The notes: generated by a model not told the origin, from the letters alone. A DNA stretch of 64,000 nucleotides from Candidatus Magasanikbacteria bacterium CG1_02_41_34 (GCA_001871445.1 MNVD01000014.1:28776-92775), one strand, 5' to 3'; shown: positions 9,328 to 19,254, counted from the first letter of the stretch. A program made the numbers and translations.

Positions 9328-9759
9328 ATGGAACCAGGTCATACAGCACACACAGACATGGGAAGGTGGACTCCTATGGAAGACAATGAAGAAGACGATC
9401 GACCAAAGGGGTATGTTCCTATTGAAAAGGTGGCAGATCCACATGGATTAAATCCAGAAGAAGCATTGTTGGCAAAAGAAGCCAAAAAAGCCGGTGATGA
9501 ATTCGAAAATGGAGAAACCTCTCGTCATGATGCACCTGTTATGGGTGAGGAAGATGATGATATGGATATTGAAGATGTTGGCGAAGATCAGAAACCAGAA
9601 GACGCAGAAGAATCTCACGGCGGCAAAATGGGACTGCATAGATTGGGAGCAATGCAAGACGGTTTCGTGAAGGGAGATGCCTTTGATCGTGGAAAACAAC
9701 CACCTAATAAAGGTGTACCGAGAAGAAGAGATCTACCCAATGTTCAAGAATCTGCGTAA
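9328..9759 (+). CDS. Acidic low-complexity hypothetical protein
   Basis: 143 aa D/E-rich ORF directly after queA, followed by terminator. Confidence 0.65.
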   Translation: MEPGHTAHTDMGRWTPMEDNEEDDRPKGYVPIEKVADPHGLNPEEALLAKEAKKAGDEFENGETSRHDAPVMGEEDDDMDIEDVGEDQKPEDAEESHGGKMGLHRLGAMQDGFVKGDAFDRGKQPPNKGVPRRRDLPNVQESA

Positions 9760-9776
9760 TTGTACAGTAATATATG

Positions 9777-9805
9777 AAAAATAGAGGTATATGCCTCTAT
9801 TTTTT
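9777..9805. terminator. Bidirectional intrinsic terminator
   Basis: AAAAATAGAGGTA-TA-TGCCTCTATTTTTT. Confidence 0.7.
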
Positions 9806-9837
9806 GTCCAAAAGTTTTTTTGAAAAAAGTTGAGGGA

Positions 9838-9874
9838 GTCACAGCGCGCCCCTCAGTTCGGGGCGCGCTGTGAC
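9838..9874 (-). terminator. Strong GC-rich hairpin ending the small minus-strand orphan operon
   Basis: GTCACAGCGCGCCCC / GGGGCGCGCTGTGAC 15-bp perfect stem. Confidence 0.6.
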
Positions 9875-9894
9875 GAGTGTGGACGGGCGAAGTC

Positions 9895-10110
9895 TTACCG
9901 CCGCTTGCGCCAGCCCGTGGGACGGCGAGCATGTTGGTGGGAGGAGAATTTCTTCGAGCTCGTCGTGTCACGACGAGGCATCATGGGGACGTTGTTTCCC
10001 CAGGGGCTGAAGCGAGGCTTTTCTTCCCCTTCTCCGATGACATACTCCGGCGGGAAGATCCCGCTGTGGGAGTATTGTATACCAACGATGATCCTTCGCG
10101 GTTTAGGCAT
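9895..10110 (-). CDS. Small basic orphan protein (71 aa)
   Basis: Purine-rich RBS AAGGAAAGAGGAAAG before ATG; hairpin downstream. Confidence 0.5.
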   Translation of the reverse strand: MPKPRRIIVGIQYSHSGIFPPEYVIGEGEEKPRFSPWGNNVPMMPRRDTTSSKKFSSHQHARRPTGWRKRR

Positions 10111-10225
10111 CTTTCCTCTTTCCTTTTATTGAAGGGGTTGTTGGAGGAGGTCCGATCCATTTCAGCTTGGTGACGTTTCCGTAGGAGTCACGGAAGACAA
10201 TCAACCTTGCATGAACTTGGGTCAT
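10103..10225 (-). CDS. Small orphan peptide (40 aa, MTQVHARLIVFRDSYGNVTKLKWIGPPPTTPSIKGKRKDA)
   Basis: Below ORF-track cutoff; GGAG RBS; stop overlaps next start (ATGCCTAA). Confidence 0.4.
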   Translation of the reverse strand: MTQVHARLIVFRDSYGNVTKLKWIGPPPTTPSIKGKRKDA

Positions 10226-10370
10226 TGAACTCCGTTCGAAGGCACCAGTCGATACCACGCCGAATAGGCGTCGCAATCCGGAATCCTTTTTCTAGGAGTA
10301 ACGCTGCCGGCATATTGCTATAAAAAGCAAAAAAATGCAAGTTGATGCATTTTTCTGCTTTCTTTTTCAA

Positions 10371-11561
<1,191 letters not shown>

Positions 11562-11636
11562 CTAGCAAAGTTTGACCATTTTATCAATGGTGCTGTACAG
11601 TAGATACAGGTGTCTTCATCGCAGGAGGAGTACTAC

Positions 11637-12104
11637 ATGGGATCCACGAGATCGAGTAGCCCAAAGCAGATGACGAGACACCACAAAGTGCCTCGTTTCC
11701 GATGCATAAAAGGGATGCCACAGCCTGACAACGTTGTGCTCCTTGAGCGTCGGTTTCATGAGGCCTGGCATACGCTTTTTGCGGACCGAACCCCGTTCGA
11801 GATTGCTATTCTTCTCATCAAGAAGCGTTTCAATCACGGAGTAGTCAGGTCTGCCACGCTCCATGCAGCGTGGCAAGGGGGAGAAGAAACGTTTACCTAC
11901 CGATACCGACGCGATCATCCTCCATTTGAGCCCTGGACTTTCAAGGCGCCTCAGATGCGAGCGTGGCACATGCTCTTCGCTGATCGTAGCGATTACAGCG
12001 TGTTGCACGAAGTGGTGAGAGCTTCTCGTTGGTCTCCTGCTGGATATTTCCCCATGGGTCACATTGTCCTGGCGGGTGGTGGAAAGATCACGTACGGTTT
12101 TTGA
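11637..12104 (+). CDS. His-Me/HNH-like orphan protein with internal duplication
   Basis: AGGAGG RBS; TRHHKVPR...N...H.AWH pattern; AWHxLFADR occurs twice. Confidence 0.6.
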   Translation: MGSTRSSSPKQMTRHHKVPRFRCIKGMPQPDNVVLLERRFHEAWHTLFADRTPFEIAILLIKKRFNHGVVRSATLHAAWQGGEETFTYRYRRDHPPFEPWTFKAPQMRAWHMLFADRSDYSVLHEVVRASRWSPAGYFPMGHIVLAGGGKITYGF

Positions 12105-12120
12105 TGAAGAAGGAAGGGAT

Positions 12121-12145
12121 GGGCTACTTTCGGGTGGCCCTTTTC
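12121..12145 (+). terminator. Intrinsic terminator
   Basis: GGGCTAC-TTTCGG-GTGGCCC-TTTT. Confidence 0.65.
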
Positions 12146-12150
12146 TCTAT

Positions 12151-12969
12151 ATGAAACAGGCTTTTTCAAAAATAAATACATTTCTCATATTTTTCAATAT
12201 TTTTCTTATGTTGAGTATTGCATATTTGTGGTATCCAACATACAAAGAGGAAAAAGATATTTCAGTATTTTATGTTGCTACCAAGGTGGAACATATAAAT
12301 ACGAAATTAGAAATTACAGATAATGTAGTAGAACAGAGTACTTCCTCAACTACATCAACCATTGATGTTCCACTAGATAGTGTCAGCACACCAATCGTTC
12401 TTTCTCCAACAATCAATCTTTCTGTTCCTTTCACATCGCAGGCACCCGAAGCAAATTGGGATCAGCCGTGGCAAGACGCATGTGAAGAAGCGGCGATTCT
12501 TATGCTTGATGCATATTACAAGGGATATACTTTGAGTCCACTTTTTGCAAAAGACGAATTATTAAAAATGGTGGCATGGGAAGAACAAAAATCGTGGGGG
12601 TATAGTATTCCTCTCGTAGATGTTCAGAAAGTGTCAGAGTGGTACATGGGAAATTCATTTTCATTTCATATACAAAAAGAACCGTCGATAGAAGGAATCA
12701 AACAAACCCTTGCAGCAGGAAATCCTGTGTTGGTTGTTGCATATGGGAAGTTACTCGAGAATCCAAACTTTCGTGAAGGTGGACCGGAATATCATGCATT
12801 GATTATTCGTGGGTACAATCAAGATGGGTTTATTACGAATGATCCTGGAACGAGAAATGGAAAAGAATTTTTTTACACATATGATAATTTGATGAGTAGT
12901 ATTCATGATTGGAACGGGGGAGATGTTGAACATGGCGATGCTGTAGTACTTGTTGTAGAACGGTTGTAG
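12151..12969 (+). CDS. Membrane-anchored peptidase C39-like protein
   Basis: VPFTSQAP, QDACEEA (Cys), YHALIIRGY (His), ITNDPG (Asp). Confidence 0.85.
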   Translation: MKQAFSKINTFLIFFNIFLMLSIAYLWYPTYKEEKDISVFYVATKVEHINTKLEITDNVVEQSTSSTTSTIDVPLDSVSTPIVLSPTINLSVPFTSQAPEANWDQPWQDACEEAAILMLDAYYKGYTLSPLFAKDELLKMVAWEEQKSWGYSIPLVDVQKVSEWYMGNSFSFHIQKEPSIEGIKQTLAAGNPVLVVAYGKLLENPNFREGGPEYHALIIRGYNQDGFITNDPGTRNGKEFFYTYDNLMSSIHDWNGGDVEHGDAVVLVVERL

Positions 12970-13024
12970 CACGACGCAGCCTTTCTTTGATATTTCTGCC
13001 AAACTCCGCTATCATGATTACACT

Positions 13025-15049
13025 ATGAATATACAAGAGCTTAATGAAGAACAACAACAAGTCGTGCTTCATGGAGATGGACCATGTCTCGTACTCGCTG
13101 GCGCAGGGAGTGGAAAAACACGCACTATTACGTATCGTGTTGCATATTTATTAGAGCAAGGCATTGAGCCTGAACGCATTTTGCTCGTTACATTTACCAA
13201 TAAAGCGTCAAAAGAAATGATGGAGCGAGTGGCGGCAGCAAGTGGAGCTGGAATGAAATTGCCATGGGCTGGAACATTCCATCATATTTCCTATAGAATA
13301 TTAAAAAAATATGCTCCCCTCCTGGGGTATAAATCAAACTTTACTATTTTAGATTCTGGAGATAGTCTCGATATTCTCAAACTGTGTCTCAAGGTGGAGG
13401 GTATCAATAGAAATGAACGACGGTTTCCGTCACCAAAAGTGTTGCAATCTATTATTTCTTACGCCAGAAATGCAGAAACCACCATAGCGGATGTACTAGA
13501 TCTCAAACATCCGAATTGGCTCGACATTGCAGACGTCATCACACGCATTGCAGAAGAATATCGGAAGCGAAAGATCGATGCAAATGCAATGGATTTCGAT
13601 GACTTACTCGTCAATCTTTATTTACTCCTTCTCAAAGAGCCTTCTGTTAAACAAACATTTGCCAATCAATTTCTCTACATTCTTGTCGATGAGTATCAAG
13701 ATACGAATAAAATTCAAGCGTCGATTATCAATCAATTTGCTGCTGTGCATCACAATGTGCTCGTTGTTGGTGATGATGCACAAAGTATTTATTCATTTCG
13801 TGCGGCAGATATTCAAAACATTCTTGATTTTGATGTGCAATATCCCGGAGCAAACATGTTCCGACTCGAAACAAATTATCGGTCCACACCAAATATTCTT
13901 GACGTTGCAAATGATGTCATTGCAAATAATACACGTCAACATCAAAAAACATTGCGGAGTTCGAAAGAATCTTTTATGCGTCCCGAAGTGCATGCATTTG
14001 CTGACGATCGAGAAGAGGCAGAATTTATTGCAGGGCAAATATTGCAATTCCGTGAGGAAGGAATACAATTCGACCATATGGCTGTGCTCTTTCGAGCAGC
14101 ATTTCATTCTCAGGCACTCGAAATGGAACTCATGAAACGTGATATTCCGTATGATTATCGTGGCGGGGTGAGATTTTTTGAACGGTCTCATATAAAAAAT
14201 GTGTTGGCATATCTTAGAATTGTTGCAAATAAAGATGATGTCGTGGCATGGTCGCGCGTACTCAATATGCAGGTTGGCCTCGGTCCTGTAACGGTTGAAA
14301 AGATTATCCGAACGATTCGACAGTCGGAAGAATTAGAAAATCTTTCGCACATTGGTTCTTCTTTGCCAGCACGAGCGCAGATAGGGTGGATGGATTTTCT
14401 TGCTATCTGGCAAGATCTCTTGGCATCGGACCAAACCGTGTCTGGACTGATCCGAGCGGTAGCAGAATCAAAATATGCTGAATATCTGGAAAATGAACAT
14501 TCAGATTATCGTGAGCGATTGCAAGACATAGAACAACTTGCTGTGTTTGGTGAGCGCGCAACTGACCTTTCTACATTTCTCGCCGAAGCAAGCATGCAAG
14601 AAAGTTATCAGGCGACCACAGCCCAGGGAGGAAATGAAGAAGAAAAAGTGGTTCTCTCTACCATTCACCAAGCAAAAGGGCTCGAGTGGGAAGTCGTGTT
14701 TGTTATTGGTCTTGCCGCAGGAAAGTTTCCACACGAGCGATCGCTCAGAGAGACAAATGGCCTTGAAGAAGAACGTCGCCTTTTTTACGTTGCTGTGACA
14801 CGTGCAAAAAAATATTTGTACATGACGTATCCGCTTCTTGCCAGCTTTACCAGTTCATTGTCTGGACCAAGCATGTTTATTGAAGAAATTGGGAGGGACC
14901 TTGTGCATCATGAAGGATTTCATGAAGAAACGAGCATTTTTGATGATCCAAGCGATGACGTTGATGATATCACCTACGTACCAGATCCTGACTACGGAGA
15001 AGCACCTCCAAAACGACGTGGTATTTTGAAGAGTATTGATGAATTGTAG
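13025..15049 (+). CDS. UvrD/PcrA family ATP-dependent helicase
   Basis: AGAGSGKT, TFTNKA, VDEYQD, GDDAQSIYSFR, NYRST, STIHQAKGLE, EERRLFYVAVTRA. Confidence 0.96.
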   Translation: MNIQELNEEQQQVVLHGDGPCLVLAGAGSGKTRTITYRVAYLLEQGIEPERILLVTFTNKASKEMMERVAAASGAGMKLPWAGTFHHISYRILKKYAPLLGYKSNFTILDSGDSLDILKLCLKVEGINRNERRFPSPKVLQSIISYARNAETTIADVLDLKHPNWLDIADVITRIAEEYRKRKIDANAMDFDDLLVNLYLLLLKEPSVKQTFANQFLYILVDEYQDTNKIQASIINQFAAVHHNVLVVGDDAQSIYSFRAADIQNILDFDVQYPGANMFRLETNYRSTPNILDVANDVIANNTRQHQKTLRSSKESFMRPEVHAFADDREEAEFIAGQILQFREEGIQFDHMAVLFRAAFHSQALEMELMKRDIPYDYRGGVRFFERSHIKNVLAYLRIVANKDDVVAWSRVLNMQVGLGPVTVEKIIRTIRQSEELENLSHIGSSLPARAQIGWMDFLAIWQDLLASDQTVSGLIRAVAESKYAEYLENEHSDYRERLQDIEQLAVFGERATDLSTFLAEASMQESYQATTAQGGNEEEKVVLSTIHQAKGLEWEVVFVIGLAAGKFPHERSLRETNGLEEERRLFYVAVTRAKKYLYMTYPLLASFTSSLSGPSMFIEEIGRDLVHHEGFHEETSIFDDPSDDVDDITYVPDPDYGEAPPKRRGILKSIDEL

Positions 15050-15135
15050 CTATAGTAATATGGCCATACACATCGTCCCCATTGACAAAAGTGACATGTA
15101 TATCTATACTCTCGGCAACATAAATAAGAAAAAGT

Positions 15136-15618
15136 ATGCAATTTGAAGGAATTAGAGAAAAAACACTCGTGATTATCAAGCCAGACGCAATTCAACGTGG
15201 GTTGTTTGGTCAAATTACTTCACGATTTGAACAAAAAGGATTGAAACTTATTGGAACGAGAATGCTTCGACTTGAATCTGTGATTCTTCGTGAACATTAC
15301 GCACACATTGCAGACAAGCCTTTTTATCCTGGTGTAGAAGCATTTATGATGAGTGCTCCTGCGATTGTACAATGCTGGGAAGGTCTCGATGTTGTCAACA
15401 CTGTTCGAAAAATTACCGGTATCACAAAAGCTCGTGAAGCTGAAGCTGGTTCTATTCGAGGAGACTTCGCAATGAGTGTTGCGTGCAATGTAATCCATGC
15501 ATCAGATTCAGTAGAAACGGCAAAGTCAGAGGTCGTACGATTTTTCAAAGAAGAAGATCTCTATGAATACGACAAGACAGATTATATGCATGTATATATT
15601 GATGAAGAACGGGCATAA
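15136..15618 (+). CDS. ndk: Nucleoside diphosphate kinase
   Basis: TLVIIKPDA, GSIRGDFA, NVIHASDS. Confidence 0.96.
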   Translation: MQFEGIREKTLVIIKPDAIQRGLFGQITSRFEQKGLKLIGTRMLRLESVILREHYAHIADKPFYPGVEAFMMSAPAIVQCWEGLDVVNTVRKITGITKAREAEAGSIRGDFAMSVACNVIHASDSVETAKSEVVRFFKEEDLYEYDKTDYMHVYIDEERA

Positions 15619-15640
15619 TTACGAAATACATATTACATAT

Positions 15641-15671
15641 AGCACGTACCAAATGGTACGTGCTTTTTTTT
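15641..15671 (+). terminator. ndk terminator
   Basis: AGCACGTACC-AAAT-GGTACGTGCT-T7. Confidence 0.8.
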
Positions 15672-15720
15672 GTGATCCTGCACGGCGCAGCTTTAGCAGA
15701 GTCGTGTGTGGATAACTCAT

Positions 15721-15981
15721 TTGACCGATAGAAATATATCACGTAATCTTTTAATTAGTATGCATTACATAGAAACCGCAATCCAAAGTATCAAGAAGCA
15801 ACTCCTCCTCGTGGTGAATGTTGTGTTTGGCCGATTTACATGGCTCAATCTCAACATTATTACACCGACTGGGGTGTTGTATGCAGATGGATGCGGATGT
15901 GAAAAATGCGATTGTAAAGGATAACGATTCACACACATACATACAACACCCCGACTCAGAAAAGAGCGGGGTGTTTTATTT
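15721..15981 (+). promoter_or_regulatory. Promoter, leader peptide and terminator/antiterminator (attenuator-like)
   Basis: TTGACC-N17-TAATCT; GGGGTGTTGTATG (15871-83) is complementary to CATACAACACCCC (15940-52), which overlaps the terminator stem 15945-75. Confidence 0.65.
15760..15924 (+). CDS. Putative leader peptide (54 aa; L/V/I-rich core, CGCEKCDC tail)
   Basis: ATG 10 nt after -10 box; overlaps antiterminator strand. Confidence 0.5.
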   Translation: MHYIETAIQSIKKQLLLVVNVVFGRFTWLNLNIITPTGVLYADGCGCEKCDCKG

Positions 15982-16213
15982 CCATACGTCAATTGTTGTG
16001 ATGATATATCGTCGCAACACCAGACAGATGGAAAAAGTTGTTCTTTTACATTGTTGTCGTTCATGTTTTTTCATGATACACAACGTATATTGCGACGCAG
16101 TAAGAAACATATATCCAGATGGATGAGTGTGCACATACATTGCATAGTCATCCGTCTGGATATGACCACCGAGAGCCGGTGATTCATTTTAGACTTCATC
16201 AGGAGGAAGCCAC

Positions 16214-16429
16214 ATGTGTACGGTCAGAACTTGGGAAGGAACTCCCGTGTCAGATGATTTGTACTGGAAGCTCGTCCGATCTGATCGTTCGGGAAATCCT
16301 AACAAGCCCTTTGAGCTTCTTGAGCTTGTGAAGAAGGCTCCGGCGAAGCTCGAGGATCCCGATGCGCGGCTGAACTGGGCACGTCTCCAGAGAGGACGGA
16401 AGAGGCAGAAGGCCAACACCAAGTCCTGA
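16214..16429 (+). CDS. Small basic orphan protein (71 aa)
   Basis: AGGAGG RBS; GC-rich third positions. Confidence 0.55.
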   Translation: MCTVRTWEGTPVSDDLYWKLVRSDRSGNPNKPFELLELVKKAPAKLEDPDARLNWARLQRGRKRQKANTKS

Positions 16430-16697
16430 ACCTCGGAAAAAGGTACGGCATTCTCCCGCGCCGTGGACCATCTCGCTTGCGAGAACATACTGGTCCGGGC
16501 GTCTTCTCACTGCGTCGCCCACCTCCAATATCTTCATGTTCTTAAAGTTGATAACGTTTGTAACGTTTGTTGGCACCTTCAACAATGTTAGAAATCTCAG
16601 CAACCTCAAACAACATGAAGCTATTGGATGTGGTTCATACGATCAATGTAATTTGTATCTTTCTTGACAAGAGATACGTACGCGTTATACTAAGAGC

Positions 16698-16844
16698 GAT
16701 CCTTCGGACAGCATTATCTCATTCTATACATCTCCCTAGGGTTACCTAGTATCGACTTTGTTTGCTGATTCGTTCAGAGACATTGCTCTGCGGTTGCCCA
16801 CTTGATACACAGGGATGATGATAGCGCTGTCCAATACAAGGATC
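16698..16844 (+). ncRNA. ssrS: Probable 6S RNA
   Basis: TTGACA-N17-TATACT promoter just upstream; rod fold GATCCTT/AAGGATC, GGACAGC/GCTGTCC, TCCCT/AGGGA, GTATCGA/TTGATAC around a central bubble; terminator follows. Confidence 0.65.
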
Positions 16845-16846
16845 AT

Positions 16847-16885
16847 GAAGACACAAACCCGACATCCGTCGGGTTTTGTCTTTTT
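16847..16885 (+). terminator. Terminator after the ncRNA
   Basis: AAGACA-CAAACCCGAC-ATCC-GTCGGGTTT-TGTCTTTTT. Confidence 0.75.
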
Positions 16886-16958
16886 GAACATAATGCTTGT
16901 ATTTTCTTTCGGTTTCGATATACTTTTGTCACAAAACATGTAGCAAAACCTTCCAAGA

Positions 16959-17032
16959 CGGACTATAGCGCAGTTGGCTAGCGCGCAGGGCTGGGGGTCC
17001 TGAGGTCGGCAGTTCGAGCCTGCCTAGTCCGA
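16959..17032 (+). tRNA. tRNA-Pro(GGG)
   Basis: CGGACTA/TAGTCCG acceptor, CAGGG-CTGGGGG-TCCTG anticodon arm, TTCGAG T-loop. Confidence 0.92.
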
Positions 17033-17091
17033 CAAGTAGTTGCTTGATGTCATTGACAAATATACGACAAATTCGGTATAGTTTTGCTTCT

Positions 17092-18021
17092 ATGTACCAA
17101 ACATTGTTGTATTATAAAATTGTTCCAATCAAATATCCCGAGTCAGAGTTGAAAAAGCATCTCGAGGTATGTAAGGCACTTCAGCTGAAGGGTCGTATTT
17201 TGATAAGTAAAGATGGTGTCAACGGAAATATCGGCGGATCGCCAGAAAGCATAACACTGTATCGTGCTTACATGGATGTGCATGAGACATTTCAAAACAT
17301 AGATTTCAAACAGCACGATACAGATATCATGCCATTTCTAAAATTGTCTATCAAAGTGCGAGATGAGATTATAACGACAGAAGCACACAAAGATATTGAT
17401 TGGAGTAATAGGGGAACATATGTTGATAGAGATACGTTTCATCAGTGGTTAAAAAGTGGAGAAGAAATGGTCATCATCGACATGCGAAATGATTATGAAT
17501 GGGCGATCGGGCATTTCAAAAATGCAGTGAAGCCACCAGTAAAATATTTTAGAGAGATCAAACATACGATGGACTACTACGAACAGTTCAAAGACAAAAA
17601 AATTGTCATGTATTGTACTGGAGGTATCCGTTGTGAACCTGCAACTGCACTATTTGTAAAGTACGGATTCAATAAAAAAAACGTGTATCACCTCGAAGGA
17701 GGTATTGTGAAGTATGCAGAAAAGTATGGGAATGAAGGATTTTTTGAAGGAAAATGTTTTACGTTTGATGATCGACTTGCTATTGTTATCAATACGAGCG
17801 ATACTGCGGTCGTCCTCGGCAACTGTGAAGGATGTGGTGTAAATACAGACGAGTATCGCAATTGTTTGAACAAACATTGCAACAAATTATTTATTGGTTG
17901 TGATGATTGTATGGAGAAGACGAATAATACCTGTAAGCAAGCATGTCAGGATAGTATCAAGGATGCCGAGAACATGAGATCGCCACGAGCAAACACGAAG
18001 GCCTTGCATCGAAACAAATAA
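17092..18021 (+). CDS. trhO: Rhodanese-family tRNA U34 hydroxylase TrhO (YceA/UPF0176)
   Basis: LKGRILIS, DMRNDYE..IGHF, YCTGGIRCE, LEGGIVKY, FDDR, C-terminal Cys cluster. Confidence 0.9.
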   Translation: MYQTLLYYKIVPIKYPESELKKHLEVCKALQLKGRILISKDGVNGNIGGSPESITLYRAYMDVHETFQNIDFKQHDTDIMPFLKLSIKVRDEIITTEAHKDIDWSNRGTYVDRDTFHQWLKSGEEMVIIDMRNDYEWAIGHFKNAVKPPVKYFREIKHTMDYYEQFKDKKIVMYCTGGIRCEPATALFVKYGFNKKNVYHLEGGIVKYAEKYGNEGFFEGKCFTFDDRLAIVINTSDTAVVLGNCEGCGVNTDEYRNCLNKHCNKLFIGCDDCMEKTNNTCKQACQDSIKDAENMRSPRANTKALHRNK

Positions 18022-18072
18022 TTGCTATGATACAAGAGGGTACACCCTCTTGTATTTATACTATCATCTTTT

Positions 18073-18525
18073 ATGAAATTGACGTCGTCTGCATTTTTCA
18101 ATGAAATGTGTATCCCCGCAATATATACTTGTGATGGACAGGATATCAGTCCACCCCTTACGATTTCAGATGTCCCCTCTGAGGCAAAAAGTCTTGCACT
18201 CATTATGGACGATCCTGATGCCATGAAACCTACTGGCAACGTGTGGAATCATTGGCTTGTGTGGAATATTGATCCAACAACTGTTCATATCTCAGAGGGA
18301 GAAGAGCCTGTCGGGACGCATGGTACTGGCACAGGTGGGGAAACAATATATCATGGACCTTGTCCACCAGATGCAGAGCATCGATATTCATTTCGACTGT
18401 ATGCGCTGGATACGATGCTTGATCTTCAAGAAGGATCAACGAAAGGAGAGCTTGAGCAGGCAATGGATGGACATATTCTGGCGCAGGTAGAATTGGCAGG
18501 GACCTATAATAGAAAAATAAAGTAA
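18073..18525 (+). CDS. YbhB/YbcL (PEBP/RKIP-like) family protein
   Basis: YTCDG.DISPPL, DDPDA, HWLVWNI, YHGPCPP, HRYSFRLYALD. Confidence 0.93.
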   Translation: MKLTSSAFFNEMCIPAIYTCDGQDISPPLTISDVPSEAKSLALIMDDPDAMKPTGNVWNHWLVWNIDPTTVHISEGEEPVGTHGTGTGGETIYHGPCPPDAEHRYSFRLYALDTMLDLQEGSTKGELEQAMDGHILAQVELAGTYNRKIK

Positions 18526-18559
18526 TACAGTTTTTTATAGGGGAGGATCAGCGTACAAC

Positions 18560-18591
18560 AAAAAAAAGAATGCAATATCGCATTCTTTTTT
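18560..18591. terminator. Bidirectional terminator
   Basis: AAAAAAAGAATGC-AATATC-GCATTCTTTTTT. Confidence 0.75.
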
Positions 18592-18610
18592 CTATATTTT
18601 TTGATTTATA

Positions 18611-19150
18611 TTATGATACTGGGATTTTTATACCCAATGCTTTTTCATACCCAGCAATGTCATTGGTATAGACTTGCATAATAAATTCGGCACCTCTTGT
18701 TATCGCTGCAATATTTCCTTGCATTGTGGCTGCAAACGTAATTTCATATTGTGCCTTTTTTCCACCGGTCGTTGCTGTAACACCTCCACTAGGGAGTGTG
18801 GCAAATGTATATCCCAAGTCTTTCCATGCTGCCACTTCTGTCTCGGTTAAATCATTCATAGAAAATACACTATAGACTATGGCATCCTTTTTATATGTTT
18901 GTGCAAAGATGATTCTTTTTTTATTCGTAATTTTGACGAGTGGTCGCATGAGAATATGATAGTTTCGATTTGTTTTTGCTCCTACAAGAGAATATTGTTT
19001 ATGTGCGAGATGAGATGGTTTTTCTTCAAATATACTAGTTTCTCCTTCTGTAAAAGGAAAATTACTTACTAATTTTGTTTTTTTGAAACGAGTATATACG
19101 AATATAGCCCCGACAAAAAATATGATAACTATGATCCATGTAGTGTTCAT
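18611..19150 (-). CDS. Hypothetical membrane-anchored protein
   Basis: 179 aa ORF with N-terminal TM helix, bounded by terminators. Confidence 0.7.
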   Translation of the reverse strand: MNTTWIIVIIFFVGAIFVYTRFKKTKLVSNFPFTEGETSIFEEKPSHLAHKQYSLVGAKTNRNYHILMRPLVKITNKKRIIFAQTYKKDAIVYSVFSMNDLTETEVAAWKDLGYTFATLPSGGVTATTGGKKAQYEITFAATMQGNIAAITRGAEFIMQVYTNDIAGYEKALGIKIPVS

Positions 19151-19211
19151 ATAATGAGTATGTGTTATGAATAGCGACAGAAATAGTATAATCTAAAAAA
19201 GGAAAATAAAC

Positions 19212-19245
19212 AAAAAAAGAATGTACCAAGTACATTCTTTTTTTT
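19212..19245. terminator. rpmB terminator
   Basis: AAAAAAAGAATGTAC-CAA-GTACATTCTTTTTTT. Confidence 0.8.
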
Positions 19246-19254
19246 GTTTTTCAG

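Noticed and set aside
15707-15715. Replication origin (perfect DnaA box TGTGGATAA)
   Set aside because: Single box with no cluster or dnaA/dnaN nearby; at most a regulatory site.
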